A stretch of 64,000 nucleotides of DNA, from assembly GCA_051530055.1 (NCBI GenBank), contig CM121341.1, positions 12,440,784 through 12,504,783 on the forward strand, given 5' to 3'. This document shows positions 47,304-57,750 of this stretch, piece by piece. Position 1 is the stretch's first letter. Each line of letters opens with the position of its first letter. Made by a program: the position numbers and the translations under genes. The notes under the pieces were generated by a model. It searched no databases and was not told the DNA's origin. It saw nothing but the letters and a program-made list of their open reading frames with translations. This stretch comes from Neoechinorhynchus agilis (lineage: Eukaryota; Animalia; Acanthocephala).

Positions 47304-47537
47304 ATGGGTAACCGACGGAGCTCTAACCGTGAACCCTCGGTGCAGATGCCAGCCTGCACTTCAAGACAAAACGGTCGAATGGGATCAGGTAGACAACATC
47401 AGATGTGTTACTGCCCTCAGCAGCCAACTATTATACCAATTTTGGTTCCTTCCCCGATGGCGGGTTATTCATATAACAGTCCGAATGCACAGAACCCGTT
47501 TATGAATCAAGGTCCGCCTCCTAGGTACTTCCAGTGA
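47304..47537 (+). CDS. Small Pro-rich protein with N-myristoylation motif (cluster gene 3)
   Basis: MGNRRSS..., QMCYCP, TIIPILVPSP; TTTTCAG acceptor 16 nt upstream. Confidence 0.7.
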   Translation: MGNRRSSNREPSVQMPACTSRQNGRMGSGRQHQMCYCPQQPTIIPILVPSPMAGYSYNSPNAQNPFMNQGPPPRYFQ

Positions 47538-48154
47538 GACTCCTTTCAATCAAACCCAAAATAATCGATATATCTGTGTAAGTAACAGAGAATGCACCAC
47601 GGGACACGGACCAATAATACATTACGCGAGAGCATTTCCATGGGACACTCAAAGTTGTTCCACTCGCGCACACAGTCAAAAATAAAGACCAAATGAATTG
47701 GATATCCATTGAAAAATTTCCTTCATTTCTTCTACTGGAATATTTCACTCAAAACTTGGTTTCTATTTGTGGTTTTTGTGCGTGTGGTGTGAGCGCATTG
47801 TTTATTTAGATTCGCTTTAAAACGAGAACGCATTCTAATGAGCGAGGAAACAGTGAGTATTCCGGGTTTTCGTTGAGACGACCACCACACAAGGTGAGTG
47901 CTGAATGTATGAACTTTTGCGAACATACTGGCATTGAACGGTTCGCGTGTGCGTACACCGGAACTAGTCACGCATGTGACGAAATTCGTTCATATTCTCG
48001 TGGTGCTGACTTTAAAAAGAAGTCATATTCGTTTTGAACCCATACTAAAACAACAGTACCACTTTTTGTTTTACGTTCATATCGATTGTAACCTTTGCTC
48101 TTTCTCAAAGCCAACATTTATCAGCGCTCTTATCCCGTTTAGATATAGAATATA

Positions 48155-48424
48155 ATGGGTCGTATTTTCTCAAAAAATAGAAATCAAGCCCCTGAGTACA
48201 TTCCGTACGCCGTGTGCTGCAATAATGGGTGTGGACAACCTTGCCTCAGTGTTCAGTATATACCAAAGGACCCACCACAACCGACGATCAGCGCCCCGCA
48301 ACCTCTAGTGTTACCGTGTAACACTGGCTGTAACAATGGTTGTGGACAATGCTGTCCACCTTGCTATCCACCCGTCTGTTGTAGACGGTGCCAATGCTCA
48401 GTTCAGCCAGTTCGAACTTGCTAG
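48155..48424 (+). CDS. Small Cys/Pro-rich protein with N-myristoylation motif (cluster gene 4)
   Basis: MGRIFSK..., YIPYAVCC, CNNGCGQ twice, CCPPCYPPVCC; CGTTTAG acceptor 12 nt upstream. Confidence 0.85.
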   Translation: MGRIFSKNRNQAPEYIPYAVCCNNGCGQPCLSVQYIPKDPPQPTISAPQPLVLPCNTGCNNGCGQCCPPCYPPVCCRRCQCSVQPVRTC

Positions 48425-48688
48425 ACAATGAAAATAACTTTAATCAACTAGAAAATAGATTCAGTAGGCAGGAAAGGAGTAAACAAGGATTTCCAGGCTC
48501 GGTTTGGTCATATTACTCTCCTTCTTTATTCGGACAAGGAGAAATGGCGTGACTGTGTTCCTTACGAATGTTTAACCTTGTTATTTAAAAACCCTTTACC
48601 TAGAAATAGATTTTTACATAGATTTTTAAGACTTGTTTCAAAAAGTTCATCCTTTCATTAAAGATATAAACAATCGCAGAAAAGTGAA

Positions 48689-48844
48689 ATGGGCGGTTCC
48701 GGCAGTAAAAACCGTCAACATATCGTCCCGTGCGATTTTGTTTGCAACCGCTGTTGTGGATGTGGCAACCAGTGTGGAGGCGGTGGAGGATGCTACTCCG
48801 TGTGTGGATCTGGTGGATCTGGTGGATTTTCACGATTTGGATAG
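48689..48844 (+). CDS. 51-aa Gly/Cys-rich microprotein with N-myristoylation motif (cluster gene 5; not in ORF track)
   Basis: MGGSGSKNRQHIVPCDFVCNRCCGCGNQCGGGGGCYSVCGSGGSGGFSRFG*; shares HIxPxDFxC with gene 7. Confidence 0.8.
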   Translation: MGGSGSKNRQHIVPCDFVCNRCCGCGNQCGGGGGCYSVCGSGGSGGFSRFG

Positions 48845-49275
48845 ACGAATGTCCTTGCTGATCAAGCAAACCTTGCACACGCTATTGGTAACACCGCAAT
48901 CCCCTTACTGCCGTTCAAAGTAACCTTTCGATAAATGAAAAACAAGATGTGATTCACTCCAACAAATGACACAAACGTTCACATGCCACACTCATTCAGC
49001 AATAAAATTTGAATACATTTTCGACAAGTTTCTGTATGAAAGGTTCTCTCGCCACTATCGTTATTTCCCACTTCTTTTTTCAATTCGCCTATTCCCCAAC
49101 CATCAACACCCGTTTTCAATTCCATCAATTTAGTTTCCACCATGAACAAAAGACCTGCTGACAAAACAAATACACGGTGAGCGTTCACTCTTTGTCACCC
49201 GGTGTCAATTAGCGATCATATATAGGGAGAAAGCAGAAATGAGAATTCAACATTCGAGCACAAGGAACTTCTACC

Positions 49276-49518
49276 ATGGGACTATTCGGAAGTAAAAGGC
49301 AAACCTACGTGGTTCCTCCTGAGTACTGCTGCCCCACTCAGTGTTGCGGATCAGCAACAGCATTACAACCACCTTGTCCACAAGTACCATTTATTCCTCC
49401 TCCTCCACAACAAATCGTACCCATCTATATTCCACAAATCATTCCAGTTCCTCAAGCTCCTATATGCCCTAAACCACAACAACAATTTCCAATCCGTATG
49501 ATATGCTGCCCAACCTAA
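49276..49518 (+). CDS. Small Cys/Pro/Gln-rich protein with N-myristoylation motif (cluster gene 6)
   Basis: MGLFGSK..., YVVPPEYCC, QIVPIYIP, C-terminal CCPT; upstream GTGAGC...TATAG ~50-nt UTR intron candidate. Confidence 0.85.
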   Translation: MGLFGSKRQTYVVPPEYCCPTQCCGSATALQPPCPQVPFIPPPPQQIVPIYIPQIIPVPQAPICPKPQQQFPIRMICCPT

Positions 49519-49684
49519 CAAGAACAGCTACAACTACAACTACAGACGAACTTTTACTAGAATTATTTATATTTGTATTAGGTGCTGCTTTATAGCTAAA
49601 ATAATCTATTAGATGGCCGGGAGGAGTGTACTTGTAACGGATATCTACTCGTCCCATTGCCTTTTAGATATGTAAACAAGACCC

Positions 49685-49888
49685 ATGGGTGGTATATTCG
49701 GAAAAGGAGGTAGTAGAACACATATAATCCCCGCGGACTTCTGTTGTCGCTGCCAATGTAATTGTCAGCGATCATCAGTTTCGCGGGTGTGCCCAACAGC
49801 ATGCTCACGACAAATCTTAATACCAATTGTGATTCCTTATTCACCTTGTTGTGGATGCCCACAATCCGCACTCTGCCATTGCACATAA
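49685..49888 (+). CDS. Small Cys-rich protein with N-myristoylation motif (cluster gene 7)
   Basis: MGGIFGK..., HIIPADFCC, QILIPIVIPY; CCTTTTAG acceptor 17 nt upstream. Confidence 0.85.
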   Translation: MGGIFGKGGSRTHIIPADFCCRCQCNCQRSSVSRVCPTACSRQILIPIVIPYSPCCGCPQSALCHCT

Positions 49889-50157
49889 CTTGTCGATAAA
49901 TTAAAAGATGATGGAACATCAGTAACGTTCGGAAAAGGTGCGTAAATGCACTAAACCCCACTTCGAGTGTGGCATCCAAGGCTCCACATCGCGATCTGAA
50001 GGTACTGAGCACTCCAAGCAAGTTCACGTTGTCTTCAGTAACCAAGACGAAAAAGGTTTACACTTTTTCTAATTAATTGTTTTTTATGAGTAGAAGAGAA
50101 TTATGGCTTGCGTCTTTTGTTCTGTTTTCATTTAAAAAACTTCAACTACGTTTGTAG

Positions 50158-50334
50158 ATGGGATCTAGAGGAAGCCGACCTACTCAATACATTCCTTATC
50201 CATGCAACTGCGGATGTGGCTGTCAATCGCAACCAATATGTGTCCAATGCGATCAACCTCAAGCATCTCCTCAGTATTTCCCAGTCTTCGTACCGCAGGG
50301 CTGCTGTTGCGCTCAATCAAGGTGCTGCTGCTGA
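50158..50334 (+). CDS. 58-aa Cys/Gln/Pro-rich microprotein with N-myristoylation motif (cluster gene 8; not in ORF track)
   Basis: MGSRGSRPTQYIPYPCNCGCGCQSQPICVQCDQPQASPQYFPVFVPQGCCCAQSRCCC*; the ATG directly follows a TTTGTAG acceptor. Confidence 0.85.
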   Translation: MGSRGSRPTQYIPYPCNCGCGCQSQPICVQCDQPQASPQYFPVFVPQGCCCAQSRCCC

Positions 50335-51068
50335 TCTCTTGAAGGAAAAGTGGTATCTATATCCGATTCCCGATGCACTGACAAATGCATAAAAGCACAC
50401 CTCGCACTGAACGTGAATCTCTGAGGCACTGCAACATCCTCTACTCCTCTCACTGATCGAAACAGAACTTATTTTAATTAAATCACGCACTGAATTCAAT
50501 AAACTATCTTTACTTTTAGTTATAATAATTACACGTTTAGTGTTTAACAAATACAAAGAATAGGACCCATTTACCTTTCGGTCGTCATAAGCACTCGAGT
50601 TAAGAGTTGTTCAAAAATATATAAATTCGGATCCGTTTTGGTGGGAATATCCGGTAGGCTTCTAAAGAGTGGGATTTAAATTCATTCTATACATGATTTG
50701 CAATTATACTCATAAAGATTTACAATCCGGGAAAATATAGCTGAAATTGATAATCAAGCCGTTGTTGTGTCAATATTGCAGCGCAATAAACACAAATCAT
50801 GCGGTTATGTTCGTCGCTTTTGGTATGGACGATTTTTGTTTTACTGCCTATGGCTTATGACAAGCAAACGATTAGGTTATGGTGGCGTATTTATATTGTG
50901 AATGAGTGTTACCAAGTATAATCGAGATTTCGATCTTGGGCAGAGGATAAAAGACTCATCGAATTTGTGGACATTTTTCCAACAAAGGAATTGTACTCGG
51001 TGATCTCAAATAACGCACGTATTCTCCAATGGAAAAAAACATTCAATGTATTAAAATCAATATATTAA

Positions 51069-53017
51069 TCAATGCATCGGCGCATAAAGCTGGTGGATAC
51101 AATCGCTTCGCGCATCGGTCACAAATAAAATGTCGCCTGAGATAGCGATTCCAGTTGGCTGGATCATATGAGAGTAGGTGATGTCTTGGACAAATTGGCC
51201 ACTTCTGGTGAACACAGAGACGGACTGCTTGTCCGAATCTACTATATAAAATTTATTATTAGCGAATCGTATGGCCATTGGTGTCTTGATCGGAACTAGG
51301 GGGGAGTCATAGGTGAATACGAGCAAGGGCAGGCCATTATGATCGATTCCCCTTGCAAAAGAACGATCTGCGCCGGATCCATGCATAGTAAAGACAAGCA
51401 TTTGTTGGACGCTGCAAATGAATTGAGGATTTGTGCCAAAAGGAAGGTTGATTTCCTTGAACCACGCCATTGGATTTGTTTTGGCCGATTTTGGATTTAG
51501 TGCGATCCATTTCAGAACTACGATTCGGTCATTCTTTAAGTCGCAGACGTAAATATTATCGTCCGGTCCAACGCACACACCAACAGGAGTATCAAATTGT
51601 TCAGTGTTGGAACCCGAGACGTCGCTTCTTCCTATAAAATACAGCACAGTTTTCTCTTGCATTACCACAACGAGTCTATGGAGATCTGTGATCAAAATTG
51701 CCGATAATCGATCGTTTATGCATACGTCGTTTGGACTATGAAATCCTGTCAATTGCTTAAGTGACTGTTCCGGTTTCCGGGATGTCAAACAAATGTCATG
51801 GTCCGTCTTCGGAATCACTATACTGATCCGATTATTGCCTTGATCGACAACGTACAATTTACCGTGCTTGTCAATATCAATTGATATTGGGCACACGAAT
51901 TCGTCCCCTGGAGATTCTGTACAAAAAGAGTTTGACTATTGCTCGCAAGAAACCAAGCACAAAAGCCAAACCTCCTTTTACTGCGGACGATGGAAGCAAG
52001 AGATCGCCCTGTGTTGCTAGAAGGAGGTTGTTCAATAAAGTGCTTTCCAATGAGACTGTTTTCTAGATTATCGGTTAGATTGTTTGAAAATGTGAATTTT
52101 ATGCGAGGAACCTGCGTGGACACCTCTGTCGTTAGAAAGGGAAGTTCATTGCTGGGATTTTCCAGGTTTTTGGCGATTTCAAGAAGTTCTTCTACACTCA
52201 CAGCACTCTTTTTAACTCCAGAAGATTCGATCTCATTAAGAACACGATTGATAGTTTCGCTAATGGATTCAGTTTTTTTTCGAATATCCCGAACAACTGC
52301 TTCGCTTTCATCCTTGCAATGATTCAAATACAGTTCAAGATTCGAGCTGATCTCTTCAGCACGCTGCTTGACTAAATTCACGTTATCTTCAGCGCGTTCA
52401 ATCACCTGTTGTTTTGCAATAAGTGCGGCATAATCAAACTCACTGAGTTGTTTGTCAATTGTCTGAATTACGCCCTCTGACTGAGTTTTTAAACACCGGC
52501 ATTTCTCGAGAACTCTTTCAAGAAGTTCTTGGCGGTGTTTCTCGATACATCCTGGACAACCGAGATAATTACAGTGTGAACAGATAGTCAGTGAAGGCTC
52601 AAGTCGGCAGATTTGACAGAGATTGTTAGAAGTGAGTTCGATTCGGTTGATTTTTATTAATTGAGCAACTGAAAGGTTCTTCGAGAAATCTTCCACGTTT
52701 TGTGCAACACATTTCATCTTGCAAACAGGACATTTGACATGATAAGTATCCTTAGATGGATCATCGCCGCCATTTCCACACAACGATGAAATAGACGATC
52801 CGGTTAATGGGCGTTTGCTAATATTTATTAGGCACTCAACACAGAAAGTATGGCCACAGGGAAGGATTCGGGGGTCGCAGTATGTTTTGTCGCAAACAGG
52901 GCATGTTATTAGTTGATGAATTGATTTGTAACTACAAACGGATTGATTATGTTGGTCACGGATATCAGACGAAGTAGTAACTTCCATTGGTTCACGTACG
53001 ATCAGCTCACGATTCAT
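51069..53017 (-). CDS. TRIM-NHL protein (RING, B-box-like, coiled coil, NHL propeller)
   Basis: RING CPVC...LPCGHTFCVEC...CPVC, Cys/His-rich B-box-like segment, long helical region, NHL repeats (YVVDQGNNRI, FDTPVGVCV...IYVCDLKNDRI, PTGIAI). One intron near 51915-51980. Confidence 0.92.
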
Positions 53018-54134
53018 TGCTTGACAGGCCGTTGACGGTGATGATATGATCTTGGTAAAACGTTTGTTTTGATCAGGTCACGTTTCCATGACTACCTTGG
53101 CGATTGATTGTTTTAGTGTCTATCGTTTGCCACGTCAATGAAGCTGTTCAAAAGTTAAGGTTCACGCGGGGAAATTACACAGAGAAATACGATTGATCTC
53201 ATATCGTCCAGAGTCCATCAATGGACATCAGTAACAAACCAGTTTTTTCTCGCCAAACCTCTAATTCTTTTTAGTACAAAATATTCCTTAATTGAGAGAC
53301 CCGAGTTCAACGATCCAAACCGACACGAGAAAAGCAATGAAGAAGATATGATTTCTGACTTAATTTTATTTGGCAAAAGTCTAAATACGAACATTTATAA
53401 ACACGCAATACTTTAGAACTGCAATTATACAAACTTTTTAAGATCTTTAAATGCTGTAATGTCAGCAAGATAGCGTGTGTGAATGGAATTGATCAAATGT
53501 ACTCGATCGCAAACGTATCGATTATTAAAATGAAATAGAAGTGTTGGTGATAGCGCATTGTGTTTATTCCCATATCCACGAAACATTATGAACAACTCAC
53601 AATTTGCACTTCTAGAGATGGACAGTAACCTTTAACTTTTTAATAGTCGCGAAACCTAACCTTCAACACTTCATTTTTTGCCTGCAACACCCGTACTCGA
53701 CAAAATCCCATTGTTCATTTGACTTTCACTGACTGGAAATGTGATCGCTTTGCAACGAATAAATACAAGACGCCCTATGCTTTATTAGGAGACAAAAGCA
53801 AATACTCACAAGTGCGTGTGTTCATATGAGTTTGAACGTGAGCCACCAATAATGAATCAGGTTAAAATGACACACGGACACTATTGAATTTCGACAACAG
53901 AGAGCGAGACCGAATATTGACAGCGGTACAAAAATTGGGAACATAGTCATTCTCAGTTTCATATCACACTTGCATGATTTCGACACAGAATATAAACTGA
54001 GAAGAGTTGGCATGGCGGAGAAAGTCAATTTTCACCGCGGCTCCTTCGCTCAATTTACGGCTCCGAGATTGCTCGCATAAAGTAAGTGATGAGCATGTGA
54101 GATTTCAAAGGAATTTTTTCTATAGGAATAAGCA

Positions 54135-54287
54135 ATGGGTTCCATTTGCAGCCGACGAGAGATTACCAGAATAGTGCCATATCCGTGTGAATGCGGAGTT
54201 ATGGCACCAGGTTGTCCAGGCATCCAAATTTATCGAGGACGACGAACAATAGGCGAAGGCACTGGCATCAATAGAATTAGCGGATGA
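54135..54287 (+). CDS. 50-aa microprotein with myristoylation plus adjacent Cys (cluster gene 9; not in ORF track)
   Basis: MGSICSRREITRIVPYPCECGVMAPGCPGIQIYRGRRTIGEGTGINRISG*; 45-nt GTAAGT...CTATAG UTR intron just upstream. Confidence 0.75.
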   Translation: MGSICSRREITRIVPYPCECGVMAPGCPGIQIYRGRRTIGEGTGINRISG

Positions 54288-54397
54288 CAAATTGACTTGA
54301 TCGTTACGTGAATGAAATCCTAATTATTTTGTTTTTCGATTATTCTTTACCATTCGAGTGCTCAGATTAATCCAACGATTTTCAGATATAATTATAA

Positions 54398-54592
54398 ATG
54401 AGCCGCTGCTGTCGTCGGAAACGTATAACAACAATATATGTGCCCTACAGTTGCGGTAAACATTGTGAACCGCAATGTGCTCCACAATATGCTCCACCGC
54501 CTTTCCAACATCCAGCACCTCCACCGCTCCCGTATTGTCCCATTTTTATTCCACCACCACCACCCATCTTTTCACCGTTCGTTAGGCGTTAA
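54398..54592 (+). CDS. Small Cys/Pro-rich protein with N-terminal CC plus basic motif (cluster gene 10)
   Basis: MSRCCRRKR..., IYVPYSC, CPIFIPPPPP; TTTTCAG acceptor 12 nt upstream. Confidence 0.8.
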   Translation: MSRCCRRKRITTIYVPYSCGKHCEPQCAPQYAPPPFQHPAPPPLPYCPIFIPPPPPIFSPFVRR

Positions 54593-54975
54593 CTTTTATG
54601 AAGATTGATTGGGTTATAAAACACCATGGATTTGTTGCGTGGGTCTGAAAGGGGGGAAATCGTGCTTTATGAGAAAAAATCAGTTAATAGTTGTCTTTAG
54701 CCAAACACTTGGAGTAGAGTGCTCTTATACATCTTAAAGCTTAAGTATCATCCGAGCAGGATTTTAATTAAAAAAAGACAGGCAATTTAAAGTTAAAGTG
54801 TTATCATCACAGTTGATTGTAGAATAATCAAATGGGGGTGAACAGTGTTTTAATATTGCAAAGGTGACAATCAAAAGTCGCCTTCTCTCCCTATTAAAAT
54901 ATCGCTGTTCGATACAAAACGCACGAATGTTGCCATAATTTAATAAATGAACATTGATTTCCGAAAAGTATAAAA

Positions 54976-55928
54976 TCAAATCTGTTTAAGGTTTCGAATT
55001 ATTTCATCATCCCGTTTGAACCGAGCAATTTTTACAGTTCGGACAATTGCTGAATGCAGGTCTCGATGATCTAGACAGCATTTGTTAGTCGGAAACTCAA
55101 CAAAGCATAATACGAGGCGCTGAAAATTTCAAAGAATAGGGATTTCAGTGAGAATGCAAAAATTAACTCACTTTCCTAGCAGAATGAAGCACTCGAACTA
55201 ACGTGCTGATCATTCGGTCACTTCCATCCAACGAAAAATCTTTCCCATAAGCACCGGAATCTCGGAGAACCAACACTCCGTATCTAGAATGAAAGCTGTC
55301 TATACTTCCTTCGTAGAGCACTATAAAAACGCTAATAAAACAATATTAATTTCCTTTTCGTACGTACTAAAGTCGCATCCAAATTTTAGTCCAGAACGAA
55401 CTATCCATCCCTTTGACTTCAAATGGACAAAAACTGCCGATCTATACGGAAACATATAGTCCCTTTGACAAAATTGTGCCCAAAGTTCTCGATTGAGCAA
55501 AGGCAAATCATTTTCGCCATAAACGTTGAAATTCTTATTATTCGTAGTATTGTAGATTGTCTACCTGACCAGAGAAATGTTGGATTCAGTAAAAAAAAGA
55601 GATCTGATACCTCCTCAGGCGATAAAATGTATGAATGGTCCGTCTCTGCTGAACATTCCTTCATAAACGCAACTGTAATGTCGTCAATGTCATCATTTTT
55701 AATCAGGTCAATTGAGTATTTGGCTGCGTTAGCAATTGCGGCGTTTCGATCATGATTTCCGATGCAGTCCTGAATGTTACACGATCAAAGTGTCCATAAA
55801 TACAAGTTGTCTACCTTCTGAAACTCTTCAATCAATTGACCACATTTGACTTTTGAGTTCAAATAAGGAAAAAAGGATAGAATTGAATCGCGTCTTTTGG
55901 TCTCTGTGACTTCAGGCGAGTGTTCCAT
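54976..55928 (-). CDS. TSEN2: tRNA-splicing endonuclease subunit Sen2
   Basis: Spliced product has LSPEE, KGWIVRSGLKFGCDF-MLY (catalytic Tyr), FHSRYGV (His) and TLVRVLHSARK (Lys); four short introns. Confidence 0.85.
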
Positions 55929-56289
55929 CTACGAAGAAGGTTTAGTGTAAAAGGATTAAGCGAATCTTGTCTTACTTTATCAACAATGATAACCTACTCG
56001 TCGAAAACTTTCGTTTTTTTGAAAATCTTTCATATGAAATTCGGTATAAACTTATAAATATTCTTTGCTTAAAGGCGAGAACGTGATCAATCCAAAAGAA
56101 TAATTTTAATAAAATCGAGAATAAAAAACAAATCTATTTAACTTTTCATCGAATCTGACCAAGGTTGCCAGGTGTGCATAAAACGTCGTTAGCTTTCCTC
56201 ATTAAAAGAGAATTCAATAGCTGTATTCACATTATTCAATCTATCATTTTTTCGCTGTAAATTCAAAATACAATATAAGCCATTTGTTG

Positions 56290-56570
56290 ATTGCCGCCCA
56301 GTCACCACTTCCTTTTAATATTTTCTAACACGAACTTAAACTGCCGACAACTTCCCCTTCGTCGCTCAATCACCTACTTAACACCTATCGAAATAATCCA
56401 AATCAAATATTTCTGCACCAATCGAAAACTCTACTTGAACTCTTCTAGATACTTTGAGTTGATTCCCTCAATCTCCCGCAACCGAGCATTATTCCCCGAT
56501 CTCCCAAATGACATCCGACGAATAACATTCCCTTCAGAATTTCTCTAATTTCAATCAAATCTGAAACCAA
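56290..56570 (+). mobile_element. LINE 3'-end remnant
   Basis: C/T-rich strand ending DLPNDIRRITFPSEF (cf. LINE N.LP..IR......FK). Confidence 0.4.
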
Positions 56571-57172
56571 GACTCGAACACTGCACTTTCCTTCAAGTCC
56601 CTTTGCCCGATCGCTCCACCCTCACCTACGGCAATCTTCCAAATCCGTCGCCATGAAACGTTTCACGGAGAATAACCTCCAAAATTTGCACAGTTGATTT
56701 CCCCCCGCCCAACGAATACCTTTAGAAAAAATGTCATAAAACAATCAAAACGCCTCCCAACTCTACAGTGGAACCTCTTCTTTGTTCAATAATAAAACGC
56801 GTTATTTTTATAACAAGCAATCAAAGTAACGATTCCTCGGTGTCGAGAAAGAAGAAAAGACAAAAATTTCATCGACTTATCGCCACCATTTTATCAGATC
56901 TGGAATTCAAGTGTACGATATCGGCCGTTTGATCGTAGATTTCCCCAGTAAAAATAAAATGCATTCTTTGAAGTGTACTTTTCCTTTAAAAGATTCGATG
57001 CCATTTCGATAGATGACATAAATTATGAAATAACATTGGCGTTTAGAATTCTGTGCGATCAGATTGATTATAACCGAACGAATATCCATCTTTTTGTATT
57101 AGTGGCCACTCGCATGGAATTTCTAATAAAAGAAATTTTTAAGCATAACGCAAAACTAAGAATGATTTGAGA

Positions 57173-57601
57173 TTAGCGTTTGGTTGCGTTTTTGGTACCT
57201 TCTTTTTTTAAAACGCAAAATATACTCTTCTTTGAGTCGAGGTAGTTTCCGAATGAAACTATTATTTTCACTTTTGGGTAACTGGGGGGTGGGATGCCCA
57301 AACCAACGTTAGAATTTATCCAATTTTTGTTTAGGATAGATGATCCTTCATTATGAACAACCATTTTTGAAACTTGGTCATTCGCAAATAAACTGTGGGA
57401 AGATAACACCCCACCTTTATTACAACCAACAACTTTTGTGTGCGGGGCAGGAAACCCATTATACAAACCCACATCTGGAGAATCTTCAACTCTACTCACC
57501 TTAAGGTTTTCAAATTTACTTGACATTTCTTTATCTGTAGGGTCTTTTCCTCGGAACTGTCTCATTGCTTGTTTTCGATTAGCCGCTGATTTTTTGCGCA
57601 T
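57173..57601 (-). CDS. Hypothetical basic protein
   Basis: 142-aa ATG-initiated ORF, K/R-rich N-terminus; no family recognised; 3' end uncertain. Confidence 0.5.
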   Translation of the reverse strand: MRKKSAANRKQAMRQFRGKDPTDKEMSSKFENLKVSRVEDSPDVGLYNGFPAPHTKVVGCNKGGVLSSHSLFANDQVSKMVVHNEGSSILNKNWINSNVGLGIPPPSYPKVKIIVSFGNYLDSKKSIFCVLKKEGTKNATKR

Positions 57602-57750
57602 GGCGCGTCGAACGTAAACAATTCAAATTTGTATTTTCGTGATTTTAGTTGTTAGCAATGCAAACATTAAGATTAAAAATGTAATGTTTGTAATTTCGAT
57701 TATTGGCAAGATAAAATATCAATATATTTTGAAATAATGTGGACATTTAC

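Noticed and set aside
48155-50334. Cys-rich genes as cnidarian/myxozoan minicollagens or NOWA
   Set aside because: No signal peptide, no Gly-X-Y triplets, and Cys spacing does not follow CxxxCxxxCxxxCxxxCC.
53822-54028. Minus-strand 68-aa ORF with MFPIFVP and CC as another cluster member
   Set aside because: Opposite strand, no Gly2 or basic N-terminus, and it overlaps the likely promoter of gene 9; probably coincidence.
57173-57300. Programmed frameshift at the C-run in the basic hypothetical gene
   Set aside because: Both downstream frames are open for similar lengths and there is no homology to decide between them; a homopolymer error is equally possible.
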